Positions 11,956 through 24,141 of a DNA stretch of 64,000 nucleotides are shown in pieces. The notes under the pieces are model-generated. The model was given only the letters and a program-made list of their open reading frames with translations. It did no database searches and was not told the DNA's origin. Source of the stretch: Sphaerodactylus townsendi (taxonomy: Eukaryota); NCBI RefSeq assembly GCF_021028975.2, contig NC_059438.1, positions 21,204,001-21,268,000 of the forward strand, given 5' to 3'. The stretch's first letter is position 1. Each line of letters starts with the position of its first letter. The translations under genes were made by a program, and so were the position numbers.

Positions 11956-14900
11956 CCCTTGTGTCTTCATTGGCCTTCAGCCGTTTCTCAGGCATGCCTG
12001 AGTTGTCCCTCTGCAATTCAACCTAAGGTTTCCCTCTGATCCTAACTCCTTGTCCTGCATTGAGGGCTAATCTTAAAATTTCTAATGAGTTTGAGGTGGC
12101 GGTGGCTAGTTGCAGAGTACACGGCTGCAGTTGGAAGTGAGAATGCCCCGAAGCCCCGATGCTTGTGCGTGGAAGTTCTCTGCAAGTCAATAGCCACGAA
12201 CAAGCTTGTGAGCCAGACGGAAAGTGGAGAAGGTCGCGTCAACACAAACAGGCAAGGTGGGTTGAGGCCACCCAGTAGGCAGTCAGCAAGCCACAGTCTT
12301 CATGCAGGAAAGTTGCCAGAGCCTCACAGCCGACCCCTTTAAGTCCTCCTGTTTAATACTGTGGAGCCCTTCAGATGTGATGTTGGTTGATGCCAGTTGA
12401 TTACTTCTCCAGTGAAGGCGGGTTGAAGTGGGTAGTTGTGGCTCCTTCCTAGGAATGCTGGTATCGTTGCTGCTGGAAATATACTGTGACTGCAGCTCCC
12501 CCACGAGCTGTCCCATGTCCTCATCCGCCAGTTGCTGCTTTAGAAAGGAAGAGAACCTTTTCTAGAGCCGTGGTTTCCTCTCTCGGAGGGCTGGCCCCAA
12601 ACTTCCCAGCACAAACCTCTTGGCCATCTCCCCCGGCTTCACGATGTCATTTCAACACACATCTCCCTGCCAATGGCAGCTGCGGTTGAAGAGGAGGTGA
12701 AGGGAGATGTCCCGTTTCTTAGAAGACCACAACACAAGGAAGGCTGTTTTTGGTGGACAATCCTGTGTTGGACTTAACACCTTGGCTTGTTCTTGAGCCG
12801 GACAGCCAAGCCTTGTGAACAGACTAGGATTCCTGTGGATACAAAACTCTGGTATGGCGGTTGCTGATGGAGAAGTCCTGCTCAACCCTTCCTGCCATGC
12901 ACATGTTCAAAACTTGGACATTTTGGAAATCTGGAAAATGTTGTTAATTGTGTCGTTCAGTCCGTCTTGTTTGATATTTTCACTAATGAAGCAGGAGCTG
13001 CCATGAAGCTCTGGGAATTGGTCAGTAGGTTGTTTTGGATAATGGGTTCACTATTTCTGGGAGAGCATCCAGGAAATGAGAGGGTGGAAGGAGGCCACCC
13101 TCAATTTTACGTGCTGTATTTGTAGCTCCGACAGCCATTTGAAGAGCTTCCCAAGTGCCTGTGCCGTGTGTCTTAGTCCAAACATTGCTCCATGTGATTT
13201 GCCATCCGGTGCCTTATGTAAACCACTGGGCCTGGTGCCTTCTGAAATCTAGTGTCAAGTTGCTGCCTGCAATCAGGTCCCAAAGAACCACACAGCTCAT
13301 AATGAGTACCCAAATGTGGCGTTGCACTTATTTCTTGTGCACTCACTGCCATGCAGGCATTGCAGGTTGCTAGTGAACTGCAAGGGAAGGGTGGGATGGG
13401 GTCGGGAGTCAAAAGCTGTTGATGGTATGGCATAAGGGCTTTGCTCATATGAGAAAATAAAAATCATAACATGCATGCTCAAGCTCTGAGCATTCCTAAA
13501 GCAGTTCTCTGAATCCTAAATCTCATATCTGTCACTTCTAAACAGAGACCATGTGAAAAATGTGAACCACCAGAATGAAAAGTCTATTTAGACCCTCAGA
13601 GTGTGGCCTGGACAGCCCCCATGAGTGAAAGATTCATGGCTTCTCTGCACATTTTTCGTTGTGCTTCTTCACAAATGTCCTGGCCGCTTTGATGTCATAT
13701 GGTGATAGTTTAAATGCAGACATCTTAAATTGGTGGCTTTCAGATCTTCTACAATCCAGGGACCCTTTTCAGAGAGGACTCCCTGGGCATCCAAGAGAAA
13801 CCCCAGCACCACAAAGGCGGTGCATTTTAGGACATGCCTTCGGCAACCTGTTGAGCTTTTACTTTACACTGTGCAAAAGGCAAGTAAGCCTGAGCATGGA
13901 CCCAAACAATGTGGCTACATGCTATTGGGGGGAAATCTAGGGGCCAGAGTAGACATCTCTGACCTTGATGGACCAGGAGGCTTACTCAGCTGAAAGCAGT
14001 TTCATTCGAGTAGACCTTCTGAGGGAAGCTTTTTGCTGTTATTAAACACAGTTTGGAAGCTGCAGGTTTACATTAAGGTTAAGGCCCGACTAGTGGCAGG
14101 CTATTCTACTTAATGCTGCACAAAGGTGATCTTTGAACTGTGGACCACCCCATCGTGGCATCCTCCTGTCCTTTGAACTTTCCTGCTATGACCAAACTGT
14201 GCCTTTTAGAAGTCTCCCCCGTCGGCAAGTTTTCAATAACTTGCCATGACTTTGTGGACATCTGTATGTTGTGCACCCCCTCGCCCATTACATCTTCTTC
14301 CGTTTACCTTCTCCCATTCAGTCCTGACCCCAGAACTTTTTGTGGTTTATCCCAAACCAAAATTATGCACGTATGTTGGGGGCTTTATTTCTCACGTCAT
14401 CCCCCATCCCACCTTTTCTGGTTCTTTTGAGACCACTTTTATCCCAGTTTTTTTTTCTGAAAGCCACTTTTGAGTCATCTTTTCCCTCATGCATAACATT
14501 TCTGTCTGTCCCATGTATCCCATCCATGTCCAGCCTGCATATTGATGATTGGACTCCCCCCCACCTCTGAAGATTGGTGGTTTGTTTCCTTTCCCCCACA
14601 ATTGCACTAAAATGTCAGTATACTGCTAGTGTGTTGTGACAATAGGCTTAGCAGTTTTTCTGAATTCCTAGCTTTTGTTTTTTTTAAAGGGTCAGTCTCT
14701 CGCATGCTCCCTTGTGGAGATGTGCCTTTCCCCTTATATTTCCATAAGGGAGGAGGCTTAATACTACTTTTTAAATGAAAGTTGAGAATCAAGAGCACCT
14801 GCTGAGCTCAGTGTTACAATACTCTAGATGTTCTAGCCACATATCAATATTTTAGTGCCTTTTTTAAAGGGCGAAACCGCCATGCCACCAATGACACCAT

Positions 14901-15344
14901 AGATTATAACATCGTCTGCCCATGAAAATCCTGATTATTTAAGGTACGTGCAGAAGAAAATAAACTGTGAAATGCAGGAGAGCAGATATGTGGAAAAACT
15001 GTGCCCAATCCATTCCAGTGCTTGTGGATTGACTGCCAAGAAAATCAGGAGCAAGTCAAGCGTGCGGAAAAGCCCTGTCTCCAAATTTGGGTGGTGTCAG
15101 GTCTCTTCTTCCTCCTTTGCAGTAAGGTAGTGGCCTGTTTCCTTTGTGTCTCAACTGTTCATGGCTGTAATATTTTTTACTGGTGCCTTTCCCTCCCCAT
15201 TTATTTTTTTACACTATGGAATCTGTGTTTTGTATGGTGTGATTTGATACATGGCAATTAACCTGTAATGTTGAAATTGGTATATAGAATTATTTATTTT
15301 GTGTATTCCGTCCGTGTAAATTTGTATATGTATCCTGTTTATTC

Positions 15345-15350
15345 AATAAA
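15345..15350 (+). terminator. Candidate polyadenylation signal of PSKH1
   Basis: AATAAA ending a TGTA/AU-rich block (15160-15350) typical of distal 3' UTR ends, followed by G/T-rich sequence. Confidence 0.55.
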
Positions 15351-16193
15351 ATGTTGGCTTTCGCACAGTAGTTGGCGAAGTGCTATTGTTAACTAGTGGC
15401 TGTGGTTGCAGCAATTTTTTAATGGCAGCATTGTTTTCAATTTGAAGGAGCAAATATACATTTTCGGGGAGTTCCAGGAATGCTTTATAAAATCATCCTG
15501 GAGTTGAGCCCATCCTGGCCCCATTTTTCAGACATCAATTTTTTATATTTCTGTAGTTCGCTCTTACAAAATTAAGTTTTTACCGAACGCAACATAGAGT
15601 GCTTATACAGGTGGCACCTGGCTAAAGACAATGTATTCCAGTATAAATGTTCATGATTTGGAGCTCACTCCATCTCAGGTTAAACACCTGCTATTAGTTT
15701 TTGAAGTACCACTGGACTTTCAGTTTAATATTGTTTTGGCTGACTAACATGGCTAACCTTGCTAAAGAATTATTAGAACAGGATACTGTTCACGTTTTAC
15801 CTATGTGAAAAATGGACAAAGAGGCTTACTGGTTTGTATGATGTGAATGTGTTCGCATATATGTTTGCCGACTCAGCAAGATAGCCAAAATGCGCAAGAC
15901 TGGTTTTCAGCACCTCTCTAAATGTCTTGCTGTAGTTTGTGGAGGCTAGAATTGATTCCACTGTTGGCTGCCAAACGCTACAGCTGCTGGAAGTAAGTTC
16001 CAAATTGTGTTGTGGGTGTTTGAATAAAACCCCTCCAATGGTGCACAAAGGGAAGGGCTGACCAATGTTAACAAGAGCCTTCATTTTTATTTCTTTCCAG
16101 TGAAAGACTTGACTGCTTGCTTGAGCTTTCATCTGGGTTCAACTGTCCCTCTGAACTTCAGTCCCCTTCCTAAACAGGAATAAACTTGGTGAT

Positions 16194-16199
16194 TTTATT
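16194..16199 (-). terminator. Polyadenylation signal of CTRL
   Basis: AATAAA on the minus strand ~28 nt after the stop (second copy at 16086-16091). Confidence 0.6.
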
Positions 16200-16226
16200 C
16201 CTGCTTTGAGCTCCCCCAAGGCGTGA

Positions 16227-16388
16227 TCAGTTTCTCGCAACGACTTGGTCTATCCAGCTGCGGAATTTGGAGACTCGAGTGTAGGCGGCCGGCGTTTGGA
16301 CATTGCAGTTGGATGTGCCCCAAGAGACTATCCCAATCAGGTTCCAGATTGAACCTTTCAGGCACACGAGGGGACCTCCAGAATCACC
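16227..16388 (-). CDS. CTRL: CTRL exon 7 (GDSGGPLVCLKGSIWNLIGIVSWG...WIDQVVARN*)
   Basis: 162 nt, catalytic Ser GDSGG, TGA at 16229-16227. Confidence 0.96.
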   Translation of the reverse strand, partial: GDSGGPLVCLKGSIWNLIGIVSWGTSNCNVQTPAAYTRVSKFRSWIDQVVARN

Positions 16389-16749
16389 CTAGAGAGACAG
16401 AGAGAGGAAGAATTTCACTTCAGTTTTACCAGATGCACACTTTATCGATGCCCACCTTTCTCACGTTATAGCATCTTACTCCATTTGGGTAGGAGAATGG
16501 GCTGCCTGCTAGGGGGTGGTTGACTTTTCACATATATATTCCGCTCTCTGTCCAAGGAACAAGGCTAGCAACCGGGGGAGTTTACTCCCATTTCACATTC
16601 ACAGTGTTGAGGGCATTTGGTTGCACGCACTGAAGGGGAGCCACAAGAAATGCATCTGCAGCTACTGCAGAGAAGCTGTCCTTAAACCTACAATTGCCTA
16701 AGGATTGCAGTGAGGTAGGCGGGGCCGAAAGAGTTGCTAGAGACTAGCC

Positions 16750-16897
16750 CAGGGGTAGGGAACCTGCGGCTCTCCAGATGTTCAGGAACTACAATTCCCA
16801 TCAGCCCCTTTCAGCATGGCCAATTGGCCATGCTGAAAGGGGCTGATGGGAATTGTAGTTCCTGAACATCTGGAGAGCCGCAGGTTCCCTACCCCTG
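16750..16897. mobile_element. Perfectly palindromic hAT-type MITE (TIR caggggtagggaacc), inside a SINE in CTRL intron 6
   Basis: 148-bp exact palindrome, TSD gactagcc on both sides. Confidence 0.92.
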
Positions 16898-17031
16898 GAC
16901 TAGCCCAAGGCCACCCATTAGGCTTCATGTGGAGTAATGGGGAATTGGATCCTGTTCTTCAGATCAGAGTCCACTGCTCCTAACCACTACACCAGGCTGG
17001 CCCTCTCTCCTTTGCTTAGTCACACTCTTAC

Positions 17032-17165
17032 CTGGCAGGAGGAGGCACCGGCACCCCCGGCGCATACCATAGAGCTGGTGACACGATTGCCCCAATATTG
17101 CTGGCACTGGTTGACCGTCACCAAGGGTATAGCCACCTGCTGTAACTTTACTGCTGGACTATTTG
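17032..17165 (-). CDS. CTRL: CTRL exon 6 (NSPAVKLQQVAIPLVTVNQCQQYWGNRVTSSMVCAGGAGASSCQ)
   Basis: 134 nt; Ser at the S1-pocket position 189 (chymotrypsin-type); canonical splice sites. Confidence 0.96.
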
Positions 17166-17518
17166 CTGGGGAAACAAGCAAATTTCAGGCATCGAAAGGG
17201 CAACACAACAACAGAGATCCCCCTCCCCCCCATGCCTTAATCTGTCCTGTTAACATCTCTCTGTTATCAAAGATATATGTACAGAAGTACCTTCACCTAC
17301 CCTTGGCGAGATTTCCCCCTCTTCCCTCTCCTCCCAAACCCTAATCTGCAGCTGTTGGTACATCTGTCCTAGGTAGATTGCACAGATGCCGATTCTTCCC
17401 TTCTGGAAGCGTTCCAACATTCAACTCCAAACACAGTGCTCAATTCCTGGATTGCATTTATCCTCTTTTCCTGCTAGGCTGTTTCCCCGTTTGACTCCCA
17501 CCCATCTGCCTGACGTAC

Positions 17519-17699
17519 TGTTGGTGCTGGTCCGTCCCCAGCCAGTGGTGACACATCTCAGCCCTTCGGGCAGCGTCTCCGTGGCAGAAGCCAGGCAGAC
17601 GGGAGACACGCGGGAATTCAGCTGAGCAGGAGAAGAAAGCTTCAGCAGGGTGATATCATTGTTGAGGGTGCTGGGATTCCAGGAGGGATGGGTGATGAC
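17519..17699 (-). CDS. CTRL: CTRL exon 5 (VITHPSWNPSTLNNDITLLKLSSPAQLNSRVSPVCL...TTGWGRTSTN)
   Basis: 181 nt, catalytic Asp (NNDITL), donor A|gtacgt. Confidence 0.96.
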
Positions 17700-18991
17700 C
17701 TGGAAAACACAAGTAAAAAATAATCCGGAGGTTAAATAGTTTGTGCTTAAAGGTCTCCTCCTTGGTCTCCCTTTAGAACTTGCAGGGCATGCAAATATTT
17801 GTCAAGTGAAGTATATTCAGTTTCACATAAAGATGTTAGTAGATTGTATATTCCTCCACCACAGAACAAAGCATGCTGGACCTTCTTTGTTATAGAATGC
17901 TCCACCTGGATCCCTACCTAGCCCTGCTCCCCCCACTATCCATTTGAAAGTTAAAATACAATGTTCAGTAATACACAACAAAATAATGGTTTTGACAAAG
18001 GCAATGCATAAAAATGAATGATAATTCTCATATTTGTTTGGGACTATATTCTAATGCAGAAGCATGTGATGCCTCAACTGACCAAACTAACATCTTTATG
18101 TGAAACTAACATCTTTATAGTAGCTGCTAATTGCCTGGAAGTTGATGAGACTATTCATGCCCTGATGGCAGATATACTTAAAGGGGAGAGTTGTGGCTCA
18201 GTGACAGAGCATACATTTGACATACTGAAGGCCAAAAATTCAATCCCTAGCTAGCACCTCCTTTTTAAATAATCAGGTCACAGGAGGCATGAAAGACCTC
18301 CACCCGAGACCCTGAAGAGCGGCCGGCTGCCAGTCTGAATTGACTTTGATGGACCAATGATCTGATTCAGCTTAAGACCACTTTGTGAATTAATAATTGC
18401 CAGGGTTGCCCTATTGAGCCTCATGTCGCTCTCTTCCATGCCTTAGTGAATTTCAGTCTGGACTACTATAATACATTCTTAGTGGGACTGCTCCTGAATA
18501 CAGTTCAGAAATTTCAACTGATGCAGAATACCACAGCCACTCTTTCACCTGGTATTACAAGGTTGGTTAATGCTGGTTTTCTGTCTTTTTTTCAGGACCA
18601 AGTTCAAGGTGATGACTGTGGCTTATAAAAGCCCTAATCATCTATATCAAAAGGTGTCTATTTCTATAGGAGCTTCCGCTGTGCTTTTAAACAGAGAGGC
18701 CTTGCTTTAGGGTCCATCTCACAATGAATCTATGGTCTTCAGCATGGCCTTCTTGAAGGTTGCCCCAAAGCTCTAGAATGCCTTCTCTGTGTGAAGTTGG
18801 TTGACCCAATTTATTCAGCATTGTAAAGGATGGCCAATGCACTTTGGCCTTTTAACACTTAGTAGTTTTCCTGCTTCCTGGTTTTCTTATCTAAGTTATT
18901 TTGACTTTAATGTACCATTATCAAGTTTTGTTTTAAAATTCCAGGCAGTTCCAAAAAGGCAGGAGGGCATGGCAAGTTATAACGGACTCAC

Positions 18992-19070
18992 CTTGGCAAT
19001 TGTCTTAATCTGGACTGGCTCTGCGTTGGAGTTCCGATCGTATTCTCCAAGAACCACGTAATGTGAGAGG
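18992..19070 (-). CDS. CTRL: CTRL exon 4 (LSHYVVLGEYDRNSNAEPVQIKTIAK)
   Basis: 79 nt, VVLGEYDR motif as in CTRL, canonical splice sites. Confidence 0.95.
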
Positions 19071-19448
19071 CTGGAGGAAGAGAGAATTGCTCGTGAGGCT
19101 GCTCAAGGGCACATCCCTAACATGCCAGTATGACCCTCTGTGACAGCAGGCTTTCTGCTGAAGGAGTGTAGCTGAAGGTGAATAACATTAGCGAATATCA
19201 TTCTTTCGTTGAAATCGGCACGTTGCCTTTTGGGTCAAATCTGAAGGTGAAGCAGCTCAGTGGAATTCTGCAGCTGCTGAATTTGCCAACAGCTGGCCTA
19301 AAAACCATTGAGAAATACCAGTTGGCCTCCTTCTCTGAGGTTTATCATTCTCCCTTTCCCACTCTAGGTAGGTTTGAGTCTCCAGCTCCACAAAAAAGCT
19401 TTTGCCTCCTCTCAGCGCTTTCTCAGGGAAATCAAGAGTCCTTCTCAC

Positions 19449-19528
19449 CTTGGGTTACAATGAGCTGCAGTAGCGACCCAGTTCTGGTTGATCAAGGAAC
19501 CTCCACAGTAATGGGCCCGGGAGCTTGT
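19449..19528 (-). CDS. CTRL: CTRL exon 3 ([26 protein letters not shown])
   Basis: 80 nt, catalytic His motif TAAHC, canonical splice sites. Confidence 0.96.
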
Positions 19529-20000
19529 CTGGGGAAAAAGAATCCAGCAGTGAAAAGGGGAAAGACGGCTTTGGAAGCGAAAAAAAAAAACAAGAGGTGC
19601 TCAGTGTGGAATTGACATAATTGGTTCATTCAGTTTGTACAAATAAGTCAGGTGACATCCAAGCCAACTGGTTGCACTCCAACATTTTCTGTATTGCTTG
19701 ATATTTAAATTGTTGTCCTTGGGCAGGTATGAAATTAAGAGCGTGGAAAATATAAAAAAACAAGTGGGGACCCGCAAGAAACTTGAGGGAAGGGGGAATT
19801 ACCCCCACTTTTGTTTCCTCCCATCTCCCCTTACTTCTCTGCCTCTTACTGTTCAACCTGATACCCCTTCTCTTACTTCTTTCTCTTTCCCCTAGTCCGG
19901 CTCTCTTTCTCTCTCTCTTTTTGCAGCTGTCTTTCTGCCCCACTACCTCAGCTCCCTCTTACTCTTCCTTTCTGCCCCATGCTCCAGCACTCCTTTTCTC

Positions 20001-20431
20001 TGGAGTGGTGTAGTGGCTAAGAGCAGGTGCACTCTAAACTGGGGAACCGGGTTTGATTCTACCACTTGAGCTGTGGAGGCTTATTTGGTGAACCAGATTA
20101 GCTTCTGCAACACACGTCAGCTGGGTGACCTTGGGGTTGGGGTCACAGTTCTTCAGGAGGTCTTCTTCAGTCTCACCCAATCTCACAGGGTGTTTGGTGT
20201 GTGGTGGGAGGGAGATTGTAAGTCTTTGAGTTCTCCCACATACAGCAGGGGTCTTCAAACTATGGCCCTCCAGATGTTCATAGACTACAATTCCCATGAG
20301 CCCTACCACTTGGCCATGCTGGCAGGGGCTGATGGGAATTGTAGTCCATGAACATTTTGAGGGCCATAGTTTGAAGACCCCCTGCCTTACAGAAAAGAAA
20401 GGGGGGTATAAATCCAAATTCCTCCTCCTCT
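20001..20431 (+). mobile_element. Squam3-like SINE interrupted by a MITE
   Basis: Same head, core and tail as the other copies. Confidence 0.75.
20246..20384. mobile_element. Palindromic hAT-type MITE (TIR caggggtcttcaaac) nested in a SINE
   Basis: TSD acatacag/ccttacag; shared core. Confidence 0.85.
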
Positions 20432-21044
20432 GTTCACCACAACCCTATATTCTTTGCTGGCCCACTGTGGTAGCTAAGGTTGGCCCATTGCAACTCTACC
20501 TAAGGTAAGGGGCGAGTGGGGGGGATTTGTGGAGGATTTAACTCTTCCATTTAAAAAAGTCAGATTTTTCGGAAGACCCAGGGGGTCTCCTAAGTCTGCA
20601 GAAAAACCTGTTTGGATATGTTCCCTGTATCTGCAGGTGTGGGGCACATGTTAGAATTCAATATATAGATATTACTGACTCTATGCTTTGGTTACAACAA
20701 GAGAAGCGGTAACTCTTCCACCCCCCCCAATAAAGAATAAAAATTGACTAATGGGCTTCCGTGATTGCCCCCAGGCTCTAGAATGCCCTCCCCTTGGAGA
20801 TTTGCCATACACCTACCCTTTATGGATTTAGGTGTATGGCAAAGACCGTCCGCTTCACCCAGACATTTGGTTCGCCTCCTTGGAAACCCCCTCTACAGAT
20901 GCTGTTCTAGGGGGTGGGGTGGAAGCAGGGGTGAGTGTTATTTTAAGGTGATTTTTTTGGCCTGTTTTAATTGTTACCGGTATATTTTATTCATGATGTT
21001 TATGCTTTTAAAAAAAAGATTTGTAAGCCACCTAGAGACACTAG

Positions 21045-21372
21045 NNNNNNNNNNNNNNNNNNNNNNNNNNNNNNNNNNNNNNNNNNNNNNNNNNNNNNNN
21101 NNNNNNNNNNNNNNNNNNNNNNNNNNNNNNNNNNNNNNNNNNNNNNNNNNNNNNNNNNNNNNNNNNNNNNNNNNNNNNNNNNNNNNNNNNNNNNNNNNNN
21201 NNNNNNNNNNNNNNNNNNNNNNNNNNNNNNNNNNNNNNNNNNNNNNNNNNNNNNNNNNNNNNNNNNNNNNNNNNNNNNNNNNNNNNNNNNNNNNNNNNNN
21301 NNNNNNNNNNNNNNNNNNNNNNNNNNNNNNNNNNNNNNNNNNNNNNNNNNNNNNNNNNNNNNNNNNNNNNNN
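21045..21372. other. Assembly gap (328 N) in CTRL intron 2
   Basis: Run of N. Confidence 1.
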
Positions 21373-21965
21373 TTTTCAGGGTTACAGGCCATAATTTCGA
21401 CTTTAAGGATCATAAAAGCGTGTCGTAGCAGAGGAAAGGAAACTGTCGTTAAGATGCAAACCAAACATCACAAAAAGAGTAACACTCTTCGGCTCTGCTT
21501 CTTCAGACTGGACGTTATGCAACATAGAAACGGCCAGCAAAGCTGCACCTGGGGCTCAAAGGCCATCGACAAAAAGAGTCTAGAAGATGGAGCAGAGAAA
21601 GTTTGGGGCAGACTTTTAATTAGGAGAATCAGTGAGCCTCTCAGCCAAGGCTACCGGGACAGGAACGCGCAAGGTCTGTTCTCCCTTTGAAAAGATAAGG
21701 GCCAGCAGTCATTCAGATTCCATCTAGCATTAATTGGAACAGATGAGTCTCTTGTCAAGCAGACAGCAGAGGCATCTGTTGGTGGCAGCACAGAGCCCTT
21801 GACCCAGTTCTTGAGACTCTCTGCTGTTTTGGATAGCTGCATGGTTCACAGCGCAGTTGTATGCGGTGTTTGTCCTGTCTTCGCCTACTGGGCCTATTGA
21901 GGAGCAATCCTGCGTAGGGTCACAGTCTTGTGACACAATGTGTCCTGTTTGAGAACTGTCTTGAG

Positions 21966-22568
21966 CAGGGGTCCCCAAACTTTTTAAACAGGGGGCCAGT
22001 TCACGCATGGCCAGATTTCCGCTGGCAGGACCAAGTTGATGCGTCACCAAGGGAGCACGATCCATCTGCTCCTCACCCCTCCCCCCGGCCGAGAGCTCCC
22101 ACCCCCCCCCGCCGTCCCCTTCCAATCCCGGCCCTGAAGCTCCGCCCGCCTTTCTTCTCTCACAGGTGCGGGTGATGCGGTCCCCTCTGGTCGCTTGGAA
22201 TGAGTAGCCACGCTTGAGGAGTTTTGTAAACTCCAGTCCAGGGTGCCAAGCTCCAGGGGCTGCCTTGGAGTTTGGGCACCTCGACCCCCTGGTGGTTACA
22301 AACAGCCCTGCCGGGCCACTCGCTGCTCATTCCAAGGCGGCCGGAGGGGACCCGCATCAATGCGACAAAGGGAAGAAAGGCAGCTCTGCTGCATTGGTAC
22401 GGTCCCTCCTCGCCAGCTTGGAATGAGCAGCGAGTCAGCCCGCGCTTAATGCTGTTTGTAAACCTGGGGAAAAGGGGAGATAGAGAAGGGGGGAGATCCG
22501 CTTCTGCCCAGCGGGTCGATAAATGCCCTCCGGCCTGATTTGGCCTCAATGAAGTTTGGGGACCCCTG
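21966..22568. mobile_element. Non-autonomous hAT element, OposCharlie1 (OC1)-like end, 603 bp
   Basis: TIR caggggtccccaaact, perfect TSD gtcttgag, GC/CpG-rich interior. Confidence 0.85.
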
Positions 22569-23143
22569 GTCTTGAGACACAATAAAGGTTCATCTTGGAC
22601 ACTTTCCCTGGGATCAGATATGTGAAGCTGCCCTTGCTGCACCAGACCTTTGGTCTGTCCAGGTCAGCACTGCCTACTCTGACTGGCAGCAGCTCCCAAG
22701 GATTTTGGGTAGAGGCCTTTCACATCACCTCCTTATCCAATCCTTTTAACTAGAGATTCTGGGAACGGAACATGGAACCTTCTGCATGCAGAGCTCCTCT
22801 ACCACAGAGCCATAAGCTCCCTCCCTCGTATAATCGCCAGCTCTGGTTTGGGAAGTACGTGGAGATTTGCGGGGTGGAGCCACAGGAGGATTGGGGAGGG
22901 GAGGGACTTTCAAGGGGGTACAATGGTATACAGTCTGCCTTCCAAAACAGCCATTTTTGTCCAGGTAAACTGATCTCTGTCGCCTCGAGATCAGCTGTGA
23001 TAGGAGATCCCCAGCCACCACCTGGAGGTTGGTAACCCTATTCCCCAAACCTCCTGATTTCAGTGTTATACTTGGAAAACCAGAGCCAGCACTGCTTCTT
23101 CCTGTTTCCCACACATACACCAGCTCTGTGGTCCATCCTTTTG

Positions 23144-23865
23144 GAATCATAGAGTTGGAAGAAACCACAAAGACCATTAAGTCCAACCCCCTGCCGTGCA
23201 GGAACACACAATCAAAGCACTCCCAACGTACATTCATCCAGCCTCTGTTTAAAAACCTCCAAAGAAGGAGACTCCACCACTCTCCAAGGCAGTGATTTCC
23301 ACTGTCTAACAGCCCTGACAGTCAGAGTTCTTCCTAATGTTTAGGTGGAATCTCTTTTCCTGAATTTGAATCCACTACCTTACGTGTCTCTAGTTCAGTG
23401 GTAGTAAACCTTTGCCTATAATCAAGCATGGATTACAATTCATCATCAGCCCCTACCAGCATGGCCAATTGGCCATGCTGGCAGGGGCTGATGGGAATTG
23501 TAGTCCATAACATCTGGAGTGCCAAAGGTTCGCCACCATGGCCCTAGTCTCTGAGGCAGCAGAAAACAAGCTTGCTCCCTCTTCGACATGACATCCCTTC
23601 AAATATTTAAACAAAGCTATCATGCCCCCCCTTAATTGTCACTTCTCCAGACTAAACATCCCCAGCTCCCTAAGCCTCTCTTCGTAGGGCATGGATTCTA
23701 GACCTTTTACCACTTTGGTTGCCCTCCTCTGGACACATTCCGACTTGTCAATATCCTTCTTAAATTGCAGTGCTCAGAACTGAACACAGTACTCTCTAGG
23801 CAAAGTCTGAGCAATGCAGAGTAGAATTGTACAATTACTTCCCTCGATCTAGACACTGTACTCTA
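23144..23865 (-). mobile_element. CR1 LINE 3' fragment
   Basis: Reverse complement of the 58239 fragment; ends ctatgattc. Confidence 0.85.
23396..23541. mobile_element. Palindromic hAT-type MITE (cagtggtggcgaacc type) nested in CR1
   Basis: Shared core; degenerate TSD ctctagtt/ccctagtc. Confidence 0.8.
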
Positions 23866-24037
23866 AGTGTGTCTCTAGGTGTGCAATGCAGCAGGCAAGT
23901 GGAAAGAACAGGTGATTGGGGAAAGGGGGGGAATATACAAGAGAAGCTGCCTTGTCTTTAGTGGCTGCTGTTTCTCTTTATTCAAGGCTGTGAAACACAT
24001 CCCCTCCCCGTTCCCCCGCCAAATCAACCAGTCTTAC

Positions 24038-24141
24038 CTGCAGAGAGACCTGCCAGGGCCAGGAGCCTGAAACTGCGTTCTGTCCATTAATGATTCTCTC
24101 TGTGTCTCTCACGTTTGGTCTAATTGCAGGGACGCCACAGC
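24038..24141 (-). CDS. CTRL: CTRL exon 2 ([34 protein letters not shown])
   Basis: 104 nt, ttcctag acceptor, CAG|gtaag donor; chymotrypsinogen propeptide and activation site. Confidence 0.96.

Noticed and set aside
20765-21690. Long ORFs of 154-239 aa
   Set aside because: Artefacts of reading through the N gap.
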